From Bispira polyomma (Eukaryota): a DNA stretch of 64,000 bases. The translations under genes and the position numbers were made by a program. The notes under the pieces are model-generated. The model made no database searches. It was not told the origin of the DNA and was given only the letters and a program-made list of their open reading frames with translations. The stretch lies in the NCBI GenBank assembly GCA_965649765.1, contig OZ287752.1, positions 22,382,001-22,446,000 on the forward strand, written 5' to 3'. Below, piece after piece: positions 1-10,339 of the stretch; position 1 is the first letter of the stretch, and every line of letters begins with the position of its first letter.

Positions 1-536
1 TATTTTCTTAGGATTTCCAACCTTACCACAACCTCGGGCAGTCCATGCGATCCAACTAGACACCTCACCAGGGCTGACGTATTATTCGCCCCCCCAGGTA
101 TTCACCTTATTTTAAAATGGACCAAGACTAATCAGAGCAGATCCAACCCAGATATTATACAATTACCCCAGTTGACAAACCCTTGGCTATGCCTTGTCAG
201 AGAAGCCACAGCTTTATTTCAGAAATACCGCATGGATCCATTGGGTCCATTACTAGCAAATCCTGCTGACAGAGGCACCTGCCTGTCAGATACAAAACTC
301 AGAACCACATTAAAGAACATTTTGATTCACTTAAACATACCAAGGGAAGGTCACTCATTCTACTGCTTGAGGCGTTCTGGAGCCTCACTTGCCTTCAATT
401 CAAATGTAAAACTTCAGCACATACAAAACATGGTTGCTGGAAATCAGATGCTGTTTGGTCCTATCTTCAAGCCATGTCACACACGGCTTCCATTATTCCT
501 TCCACTTTTGCCTCTATTGTCTCTTCTACTTTCTAA
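1..536 (+). pseudogene. Tyrosine recombinase (DIRS/PAT-like YR), C-terminal catalytic half, frameshifted
   Basis: Frame 1 from base 1 reads YFLRISNL...RHLTRADVLFAPPGIHLILKWTKT; ORF 172-591 contains HSFYCLRRSGAS. After a frameshift near 428 it reads HGCWKSDAVWSY (catalytic Tyr at 462-464) and stops at 534-536. This is the R...HxxR...H/W...Y signature. Confidence 0.9.
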
Positions 537-727
537 TTTGGCTTTGGCATTTTTAAAATTTTACCTTAAATTTTACTTTGTGCAGATGTAAATAGAGACA
601 GTAGTTAGAAATAATAAATATATCCCAAACAGCACCCTTGTAGGTCATAACACTGAACTTTTGAACTACAAGGTCAATTGTAAGATTACAGTCCACTTAG
701 CTTCACACATTTTTACCTACTGGGTCT

Positions 728-920
728 ATTATGTTTAGTGTTTATTTTTATTCTCTTTATGATTTGTATTATGCTTATTTTATATATTTATTCTTTAGTT
801 TTTTCCCTCTAGTATTTTATAATTAATTTTAGGTTTAATGTGTTAACTAGTTTTGTTAAGAGCTTTGAGCTGACAAGATTAAGCGCTATAAAAGAACTAT
901 AATAATAATAATAATAAATA
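728..920 (+). mobile_element. Short L2-type 3' end (truncated LINE or L2-tailed SINE) inserted between YR and RNase H
   Basis: T-rich tract, then aagattaagcgctataaaag (875-894), identical to the reverse complement of 24754-24773 at the LINE 3' end, followed by an (AAT)n tail at 899-918. Confidence 0.6.
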
Positions 921-2467
921 GTAATTCTATGTTATTTTCCGCAGTGTTTTGCTATCGGGATAATAGATCAGCAGTTCTATTTAGTTTTGCCATAACATGT
1001 AGATACTGACATCTGTCAACGCTGCCAAGTACCATACATTACGTGCACAGGCCCCCAAAAATGGGTCTCAAGCACGACCAGACTGTAACACTTTTACAAC
1101 AGCATCATTGTCGCATTTGATTAAAACTCTCTTTCCAGCTTAGTACTTGCAGAACAATCTCAAAGCAAGTAAGATGTTTATCATCTCTAGGTGCACGGTG
1201 TCTAGATGTTTATAACCCCTACAAATAGGCAGGTGGTACACCATATCTTTCCATCTGCCCCCAGGTCTACAAGGCATGCATCAAGTTCTAGCAAAAAATC
1301 AGCATTTTTATGGTCATATAAGGACATCCCATTATATAATGGTAAAAACCTAGCAAACCATCTCAAATCTCTAAAGAAATCTGTGGGCAATTTAATTTTT
1401 AACTCACTCTGACTTCTACTCAGAAGCTCCAGCATTCTGTTGAGAAATAAACGAGCCGGTCTAATGCACTTGTGAACATACAGTAGCAGTCCCAGAATGG
1501 ACTGCAGCTAACGTATAGTACAGGTTGTTTTGTTTGCTATTCCTTGACTATTTGGTTGATTTTTTCCAATTTTTCTTTTGGAATTGAGATTGTGCCATCT
1601 TCTGTTTTCATGAGTACCCCTAAGCATACAGCTTGGGTACTAGGTGGTATAAGTTTCTTTTCGCATATAGTCAAACCTGGCAATGGCAAATGGCAATGAC
1701 AAAATGGAAAGCACGTATCAACATATGCCCTTCCAGAAGAGGCCAAGTAAATCATAATTGAATGGATCTATCTTGACGTGGCGAAACGCCCAACTGACGT
1801 CAATTTTATGCAGGTGTGCACCACGCCCTAACTTCCTGAGTTCATCCGTGACATTATCAACCGTTGGAAAAGTGAGAGAAAAGTCAGTACCCAGGTAATT
1901 GTTCTTGTCAACGCCTGCGTTTACTGAATTGCCTTCCGGCCAACTCAAATCAATTAAAACCCGTCTGTTGTCTGACCCAGGTTTGTCTCTTGTAATGAAG
2001 GGAGAGCACTGCCCCCTTCTATGGGATGCTTTGGGCCTATTATTGCTCCAAATTTTGTTTCCTCATTTAAATATGTATCTACATCATCCGGATACTCTGT
2101 TGCTGACTTATGGTTGTCCCCTTCCCACACAAGTCCATTTGTTAAAGTCTAGGGGAAACCGATATTCAATCAAATCAATTAATTGTTGGTCCAAATAGTC
2201 TTTTAACACTACTTTCCAATAATCCATATTTGACTGGGATTTGACCGGTGTCTTTGTTTGCTGAAAGTTGAACTTGCCACTTTGTTTTACCTCATTATGT
2301 GCTTGTATGGGGTCTGTTATTACAGGGCCTTGAGCAATATTTCTGTCAGTCGGTAATGGGTCTGACATTGCAACAAAGGCATACCTCCCGTCTGTTTGTT
2401 GTAACCACTGTCTGTGTGTTAAGACATTGTCAATTATGTCAGTCACGTCTTTTTTTATATATAACAT
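921..2467 (-). pseudogene. Reverse transcriptase-RNase H (pol) of a YR retrotransposon, with multiple stops and frameshifts
   Basis: Fragments: DYLDQQLIDLIEYRFPLDF; RRVLIDLSWPEGNSVNAGV; LHKIDVSWAFRHVKID; PPSTQAVCLGV; FFRDLRWFARFLPLYNG; LELDACL; HLEMINILLAL...IKCDNDAVV...NRTADLLSR (RNase H D-E-D-D). The YxDD region appears deleted. Confidence 0.9.
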
Positions 2468-3125
2468 GGAGTAAACAAACTTGTCATCACCGTTATTGTT
2501 TGTATCAAAAACATGTTTTGTGTTACCCCCGAAGTCATTTGTAGTGTCACAGTTGGTTCATTAACTGCCAGCTTTTACTTCAGGAGGGCCTGGGACTGGC
2601 ACCCTATCACCTTTTGTTTCCTTACTAATTGGCTACCCTTTTGTTCTCCCCTAGCCCCTCCCATATTGGGTTTTGACTCAAGGATTGGACCTATTGTTGA
2701 CACAAGTCTATTGCGCCTTTGTTTGTGCCAATTGACTTGATACACACCTTCTATTTAACACCGTCCCTCGTGAAAGTTTTGTTTGTGTTCTCAAGACCTA
2801 TACTTGTTGTGGGACAGACCCTTTTGGTTGTTTTACTAACCTTAAACCTGCTTCCCCCTGGCCGTGGTTCTACATGATATCTTATCCAATTTTCTTTTTA
2901 CTGGCCAATAAAGCCTCCACATTTTTCTGTTGACAATTGCATTATAGAAAGCTTTACTTCTATGTGAGTCGCCTGCTCTGGCCCTACTGGTTTTAAAACT
3001 GTCACTGACAACGTGGTTTTTGTGGTCCTGTTTTACAGCACCTGATGTTGAATTTACATTTTGAGTTCACATTTTGTACACACTTAGACATACTATTTAT
3101 ATTTACGACATCCACCATCACTTTT

Positions 3126-4300
3126 TCAGCTCTGTCTAGAACTTGTGCTATTTTGGTTGTATTTACACTGCTGCTCCCCACATTTAAGACTGGTGAGCAG
3201 CCTGCGGCTTGTTTTTTGAATGTAATTGTTTTTTTTGCTGAACATACAATCTTTTTCTGGGTGTGCACTCACCCTACCACTTTCCAGACACACTGAGCAT
3301 ATGTGTTTATGTAATTTACCCCCATTCCCGTGGTCCTTGCCCTGACTACATGCCCCCGTTTGATACAATTTGCAATACCAGTGTTTTCTGTTCTGATTAG
3401 AATCTGAGTTTTTTGCTATGTATTTTGGGGTGCTGCTGCATGCCTTTGTGCGTGAGCCCTACATATCCTGTCTATCCTATAACTGTCTTCCCACTTTAAC
3501 GACCCCCTATCCATCTCACAGAGAAGGACGGCATGAGCCGCTTTAGCTGAGTACCATGAGAAGTCGCCCAATAAAGTCGGACATATACAATAACATTTTT
3601 TCTTTCACATCAAGATCTTTTTCCTCAACTATATTTTTTGTAAACCCTTGCACCCACTGGGTGAGAGATAGTTGGTCATACGATATACGTCGCCTAGTAG
3701 TGCCTCCCAGAATAGTTTCTTGTGGCCATGCAACCTTGTATTTTACTATTACATCAATGTTCCCACCCCTTTTAGACTTAGCTTTACCATAACTGTCATA
3801 ACCTTTCGGACTACAGGATTCTGCTTCTAGTTCACGTACACACGCATCTATCTTCTTTTGCAGATCATTAGCATTTCTCAGGGCTGACAATGTTTGGACA
3901 ATTTCCTCATCCGAGGATGACTCAGACGAGTCTTATAACATGGCAAAAGTATGTTTTTTACTCTTAGATTTTGCACTACCTAACTTGCTTTTGTCCTTTG
4001 TCACTGCCCCAGCCGCGACTTTGTCCTCAACCACATCCAGTCTTCTGTTGACCTTTTTAAGCTGCTGAAGTATCTGCTTCTGTATGTCCTCTTCTGAAGA
4101 TACTGATTCTGCCACCATCTCAACCTCTTGACCTGTCCTTGCCTGTTTGCTTTGTTTCTTCCTCTGGACCTTCTCTGGCTGCTGTTCCTCTGCCATATCC
4201 GTGCAATTTTTACCTGTGGGTGGGTAGTGCTTCTTGAGGAACTTTTTACAGTTCACTTTGGTTTTTCCCGGCATGTTTATATTGCCGTTATATATGTTCA
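3126..4300 (-). pseudogene. Gag-like ORF of the YR retrotransposon, with C-terminal zinc knuckle
   Basis: Coiled-coil segment (ILQQLKKVNRRLDVVEDKV), then VAWPQETILGGTTRRRISYDQLSLTQWVQGF, then CKLYQTGAC...H...HICSVC...HPEKDC. Confidence 0.8.
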
Positions 4301-5749
4301 AATGTTTAGTATCTGGAGAGAAAGAGTATACATACCACCAGTACACTTTTCGATTCAAATCCAAGCTTGATCGCCAAATCGAACTAATTACCCTGCCAAG
4401 ATTAATATAAGTTAGACCATCCCTTTTAATAGCTTTTGCAAGCCCAATCAAGCTTAAGGTTGTCGAAAACCGCGTCTGTAATGTGTAGCAATAATCCGTT
4501 CACTAGCACAAAATGTAAATGTCAGATTAAAACAAACTAAAATATATGTAAGATAAAAGTTCTTCCATGTAACAAGTCATAAAAAACAATTTCTTTTCCA
4601 AACACAAAAATCACAAGTGACTCCTTCACTAAGTCATTTTGAACTGACTTGTTTACCACACATATTGAGGCAAAAGCCCATATTAGCCAATCAGCAATGT
4701 TGTATACCTTGTAACCTAGTAACAAGGGGGGGGGGGGTTAAGTTAAGTCACAATTCCTAGTTAGACTGGTAACTTACAAATTTTGACTTGGGTTAGAGGC
4801 CTGACCCCCGTGATGCCTTAACACCACAGACGATTGTGTCTGCAGAAAGAGGGGATTACGAATACATTGTGAAGGCTTATCACTTAAACATAATTAGCCT
4901 GAGTTAAAATGTCTCATAATTGTTGCATTTGACTTATTTCTGAAACCAAATACAGTCATTTAAAAAAAAACATTTTTATACTTGTCAGAGTAACTTTTTA
5001 AAATAAGTTCATACTAAATCAGTTCATACTAAATTCTGCTTTCTGCATACTAAAGTTAATGCTTTATATTACATCAAAGAATATTTTCTGCTTTCCTATA
5101 CCTATACATGTACACTCATAATACAGTCAATGGCTGTAAAATCAATAGTAAAGGAGATATAATGCAAAAACATACATATTGTCCCTTGGGGGAAAATAAA
5201 AGTGACATTGAGACAGACCTGTATGGTTTTAAATCTTACCCTTAACTTTGTTGAGCCCTACAAAGATGTTTTAGCAAATTTAATGGCATTTCAAGTAATA
5301 CTTTTTGAAACAGGACACAAAATACTTGAAATTGACCTTAATGACCCGAATATGACCTTGATCGCTAGCTACAAGTCAAATCCAACTAGTGCATAAGTTT
5401 CGCTGACTCTTGTTTCCTATAGCTCAGAATACGTTGTGAGACTCTTAAACCAATGATATATTTGACATTTCATGTATTCTGAAAGTTTCAAAGTTTTAAA
5501 AATTCAGAACTTCAAAACTAAGATAACTGGTAAGGTTTATGTTTACAAAATTTGAGAGTGATCTCTGTTTATACAGGGCAAATTCAAACCCCTTATTCCC
5601 TAGCCTCGTAATTATCTGCACACCAGTAAAAGATTTGAAAATTTTAGGGGAAAATTAATTTCTATATTACTATATTTCTGAAAATATTTATATTAATATA
5701 CTAATACTAACAAAGCTCATATAAATAGTAGAATTGTCAGGTTTATGTT

Positions 5750-5850
5750 TTCTGTGACTTAATGGACTTTCAAAGTCGTTTTATTGACTTACAAAGTCGT
5801 TTTGTTGACTTACAAACTCCATCTACTGACTTTCTAACTCGATTTATTGA
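5750..5850 (+). repeat. ~21-bp tandem repeat, left arm of an inverted pair
   Basis: Units such as tttattgacttacaaagtcgt; the reverse complement matches the array at 7023-7205. Confidence 0.7.
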
Positions 5851-5939
5851 GATATGTCTGTACGTTGGAAGAAGGGAAAGAGGTGCTACGTTTGGAGATA
5901 ATATGGATTATTAAATTACTTGTACTTACTCTCCAGTAA

Positions 5940-6177
5940 TGTCCTGGTCACACCTACACGTTCTAGAGCTACGTTTGTGTCACGTGTCAATTTTGGAAAC
6001 GTTTTGAAACGTAGTAGGAAGTGAAGATCCCTGGTGTGTTCGTTCTATGACGTTGATTAATGGATGGTCTCGTACTGGAAACGTCTCTATTTTGTCTTCT
6101 GGTGTAGTGTTTCAAACAGTTTGTACATGGCTGTGCTACAATGGGGGACGTTAGCACATGTAGGTGTGACCAGGCCA
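5940..6177. mobile_element. PIF/Harbinger-type MITE (238 bp)
   Basis: TIRs tgtcctggtcacacctacacg / catgtaggtgtgaccaggcca, flanked by TAA at 5937-5939 and 6178-6180. Confidence 0.85.
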
Positions 6178-6661
6178 TAAGCAACTAACCGTATACCAGT
6201 TGCTTAACTGCAAGTATGACTCAAACATCTGCTGAACGTTTGGTTAGAGATCATACATTGAAAGATGAAAAAATTAAAGTCAGACTTTAGGGTTAGTCTC
6301 AATTTAATTGCAGGGTTTCTTTGAATGAACTATACATCTTACAAAAATAAATAACAAATCTAGAAGAAGAAACATTGTAGAACACATCCTTTGTAATATT
6401 AGATCAGCCATTACAGAGAAACATTTCAGATCGGCCATTGTAACTTAGTGGTAATACACTTGCTTAAGAATGCGCCCATTGTGATATCACACAATATGTG
6501 AGCAGGTATTGAACCCCAATTGATCTATTCCCATTTGTTTATAAGTTAACTGTCCGTAGCATTGCATATGCAACATCCATTGTGAAAGACTTTGCCTGAG
6601 GATAATCCAGCCTGGCCCCTTGAAGGTAACAGCCTGTTTTTGTGCACTGGAGTTTTCATAT

Positions 6662-6875
6662 GCAACTGTGGCTTAGTAGGTAACACCCTGGCTTACGAAA
6701 ACAGAGGACCTGGGTTTGACACCAGCCTAGGACTCAGAGTTACTAGCAAATACATAGTAGTTCAGATAACCGCTTAAAATAGCAGACATCTATCAGTAGG
6801 TCCTATCTTAATGCTAGCCTAAATAATCTTGGGAACGTTGATAAATTGTTACACTCAAGTCTCTGTCCTCAGTAC
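6662..6875 (+). mobile_element. tRNA-derived SINE, family 2
   Basis: A box (tggcttagtagg) and B-like box (gggtttgacacc); body and tail (gaacgttgataaattgt) align with 45269-45466, 49641-49845, 52918-53095 and 48190-48350 (-). Confidence 0.7.
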
Positions 6876-7022
6876 GGGAATAACAGTTACTGGTGCTAAT
6901 TGGCTGTACTTTGGAAGTGGTAGAAGGTTTAAATATCAGAGAACGGTATCTGTGTGGTATTAAAATTTGAATACAAACAACTATTACATCAGTAAACTGA
7001 TAACGATATTAGAACAAACATG

Positions 7023-7205
7023 TTTGAAAGTCAATAAGTGGAGTTTGAGAGTGAATAAAACGACTTCGTCAGTCAATAAATGAAGTTTGAAAGTTTATTA
7101 AACGACTTTGTAAGTCAATAAATGGAGTTTGAAAGTCAATAAATGGAGTTTTAAAGTCAATAAAATGACTTTGAAAGTCAATACATGGAGTGTAAAAGTC
7201 AGCAA
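7023..7205 (-). repeat. ~21-bp tandem repeat, right arm of an inverted pair
   Basis: About 8 units of (t)gaaagtcaataaatggagtt; ORF 7129-7386 is a translation artefact of this array. Confidence 0.75.
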
Positions 7206-7811
7206 ATATTCGAATTATAATAGTTTGGATAATAGATCTTCTACTGTAATTAAAACTTGTACAAAATCTTCATTTGTTAACGACATCATTTTAGGGATGT
7301 TGATATTTACACTTAGTGCATATATCTACGCCCATCTGGTATTATGGTGGTTGGAGGAAAAATTGCTATTTTGTCTTTTTATATAACAAATCTTTCATTT
7401 ACAGATTTGGGTACAAACTGTCAGGTTAACTGCATTATCACTTGTCTAACATGAAAAGTTAAATTGAGTAATTAAAAGGTCATAAAATCATCAGTTCACT
7501 TTACAGGAAGGTTGAAAATTGTAACATAAGTTTAGACAATAGATCAAGAATCTGATATATTATTGAGCATTACTCTGCTGTCATATATATATGTAATACA
7601 CTAATACATTTGTATCATTAAGTTACACAATTTAATTACAATAAAATTATATGAAATAGGAAAGGTGTAAAATCATTTTTGATTTAAATATATCTACATA
7701 TGATGCACTCTGGAATAAACCTTCCTAAATGAACTGAATACCTTTACCCAAAATTGTAATTAAATGCATTTTATGCACTCTAGACTAAGTCTTCCGAAAT
7801 TATTAACATAA

Positions 7812-8678
7812 AAGGGGGGTTCCACATTCAGCATTTAGTCCCCAGCCTTCCTGACTTTGTGATCGATAACAGGAAAATTGGCAAAATGTATAGGTCGGAG
7901 GGGAAAATGGGGTGGTCGGGAAGGTCGGGAAGAATATCAAAAAAATTTGATATTTTTTAAAAGTGTCCCGACTTGTGTCCCCGACCTCTGAAAACGTATA
8001 GGTCGGCTTCGGCGAATAAGTTCGATCCTATTGGCAATACATTTTGTCTGATAGGTCGTAATATAACTCCCGGCCTGTCCTAATGCTGGCCCGTCGAAAC
8101 GTATATGCCGGGGGGCTAAAACGGGGTGGTCTGGAAGGTTGGGAAGAATATAGACACATATTTTAAGCCTAGTTTGTCATTTTGGATGTCCCGATAACGG
8201 AAATCATTTTAAAAGTTGTTTACCTTTGCGACATCAAACCCACTTCCGGTTCAGTTCATGTAAGCGAACGAAGAAATTGCTGTTATCTACAACAAACTTT
8301 CATCAAAAATGAGGTTTAAACAGGTATTATTTCTTTTATTTCATAAAGTCATCTCATTTTGTCATATATATTATATACAATAACAGTCTTGACTTTGACT
8401 TTTCTACGTTCGATCTTTATGGTCGGGGATCGAAATCTGTTAGATCCTATTGGCGATACGTTTGATCCTAGGGCGATACGTCAGATCCTATCACCAGTGA
8501 AGTAAGATCAGGGTCGTGGGCCCGTCAAAACGGGGCGCTATCAGTTCTTTGGCAAGGTCGGGACACATTGTCATTTTCCCGCCCAAAAAGTGAATTTTAT
8601 TGATTTTTTCGCCCCGACCTTCCCGACTTTAAAATTGGGCTCTTTTTGCCGATCGAACTTGAATGTGGAACCCCCCCT
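7812..8678. mobile_element. Non-autonomous TIR element (Harbinger-like, TAA TSD)
   Basis: TIRs aaggggggttccacattca / tgaatgtggaaccccccct; TAA at 7809-7811 and 8679-8681; CpG-rich interior with repeated ggtcggga/tcccgacc and gatcctattggcgatac motifs. Confidence 0.8.
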
Positions 8679-8860
8679 TAAACAAAACTGTCCATTTCCC
8701 CAGAGGTGGTGGTGGATTAACTTTTCACACCCCACTGTGTGTTTAATTTTGAGATAAGAGCAGAGTGGACCAATTCCTTTGAAATGGTACTTAAATGCAA
8801 TAAGTAGTACATCAGATAGCAATTATTCAGATAATAAAACAGAACACAATATTTACTCAC

Positions 8861-9157
8861 ACCATACAGTAATCTCCTGTCTCCCTGACTGTACATCAAA
8901 GTCCCAGCCTGCAATGTTCTTATTGTCATCCACTTTACAGTAAAACTCAGCCTTGTTGTCTGCTGAATCCACACTGTCAGTCCAGCTCAGTGTCACATCA
9001 GTGACAGACTTGACCACAGTGGTAGACTGACCCTCCCTCTGTCTGTAGAGTCTTAGTCTGGGTAAGGGGTTACTAGAAGTAGTACAGGCGAAATTCACAG
9101 AAGTACCTTGTGTAAATGATGTTGACAAGTCTTTTAGGGTTACAGATGTTGCTTCAT
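8861..9157 (-). CDS. Gene A exon 4: Ig domain 3 (C2/I-set, nephrin-like)
   Basis: ttctag acceptor and gtgagt donor; 297 bp, phase 1-1; SVNFACTTSSNPLPRLRLY...DNKAEFYCKV...QEITVW. Confidence 0.85.
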
Positions 9158-9602
9158 CTAGAAGAAAATATATAAATAACCAACTAATTTTAATAATATT
9201 TTATAATTGACAAAATATGTATGTTACAGATACAAATGTCAAAAAACATATTATGTTTTCTATATAGAATTTATTTTATTTCTTACAGAAGGTTTTGTCT
9301 TACATACATCAGAATAATTACGCTTGCAGTTTTCCACAAATCCAATCATGCACATACTGAAGGCTATTATTATCAAGCCTTTAAGTAAAAAAAAATACCA
9401 AACGACAAAAAAGCTAAACCGAGCTTCAGAAGTAAACCCAGTGCCACATATACAAATGCTAGCAATCTCTCTTTATTTGTAATTTCTCTATTATGTTAAT
9501 GTACCAATTGTATAAAATTAAATTAATAAAAAAAAAACATTATAAAATTCAAACGTGTAAATTAGTGACATTATTTTATGATTGTATGAAACACACACTT
9601 AC

Positions 9603-9929
9603 AATATATATCCAAGGTTTGGCTTATCGAATTCTTTGTAGTTGCCACACTGGTTTCTTTCATCCACATCACCTCACATTGTATCTGTTGACCTTGTCGA
9701 CTTGTGTAACTAAATGTAGCTATTTGTGTATAAGTCACAGTGTAAGTCCCACCCACTGATTCATCATTCTGTGACTTGGTACCATTTGACAAATAATTTT
9801 CTCCAATCTTCAGTTTGAATTCTGTCACTTCTTGACCTTTGAACACAGAACTCACCACACACTTTACATTAGTCTGAGTTCCATTAATAATAACACCAAG
9901 GTCTTGCAAAGTGACTGATGATGGGGGCA
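9603..9929 (-). CDS. Gene A exon 3: Ig domain 2 (C2-set-like)
   Basis: tttcag acceptor and gtaagt donor; 327 bp, phase 1-1; PPSSVTL...TNVKCVV...GQQIQCEV...LDIY. Confidence 0.85.
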
Positions 9930-10049
9930 CTGAAATTAAGCATTTAATTTAATTAACACTAATATAATTTATTAAACGTAAACACAAACATTTTGAGTGA
10001 GATTTCCCATGTGAGATTACTTAATTAAAATTTCCAACTCCAGATTCTA

Positions 10050-10300
10050 AATTAATAGATAGAATAAATAAGTCTATTTTCAACTTTATATGGGATAATA
10101 AACCTGACAAGGTTGGTAGAATTCAATGTACCCAATACTATACGTTTGGTGGTTTAAACATGGTTAACTTACAAAATTATATCAAGGCAATAAAAGCCAC
10201 TTGGATGAAGAGAATAATTTTTGATTTAGTAGCAGACTGGTTAATATATTTCAAAGTTGTGTAACACATACTGATAACATATTTCAGATGGGTCTACAAC
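10050..10300 (+). mobile_element. L1/Tx1-type LINE ORF2 remnant (post-RT region)
   Basis: Translates as FIWDNKPDKVGR...GGLNMVNLQNYIKAIKATWMKR, a motif typical of L1/Tx1 ORF2. Confidence 0.65.
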
Positions 10301-10339
10301 AGTTTAAAACAAAGGGGTAGTGGTCACATATCTCGAAGA

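Larger units (their letters stand above)
1..4860 (-). mobile_element. Decayed DIRS/PAT-like tyrosine-recombinase retrotransposon (gag-pol on -, YR on +); runs off the left edge, right boundary approximate
   Basis: Gag, RT, RNase H and YR are clustered within 4.5 kb; composition shifts to AT-rich host DNA near 4860. Confidence 0.75.

Noticed and set aside
1-591. Phage or bacterial integrase / contamination
   Set aside because: Motifs and the adjacent gag-RT-RNase H identify a eukaryotic YR retrotransposon; the hydrophobic C-terminus of ORF 172-591 is a frameshift artefact.
5930-6228. MITE-interrupted exon on - (MFESYLQLSNWYTVSCLLE followed by gtagt-type donor gtaagt once the MITE is removed)
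   Set aside because: Not in frame as an internal exon of gene A (immediate stop) and only weakly hydrophobic as a leader; no downstream partner exon was found.
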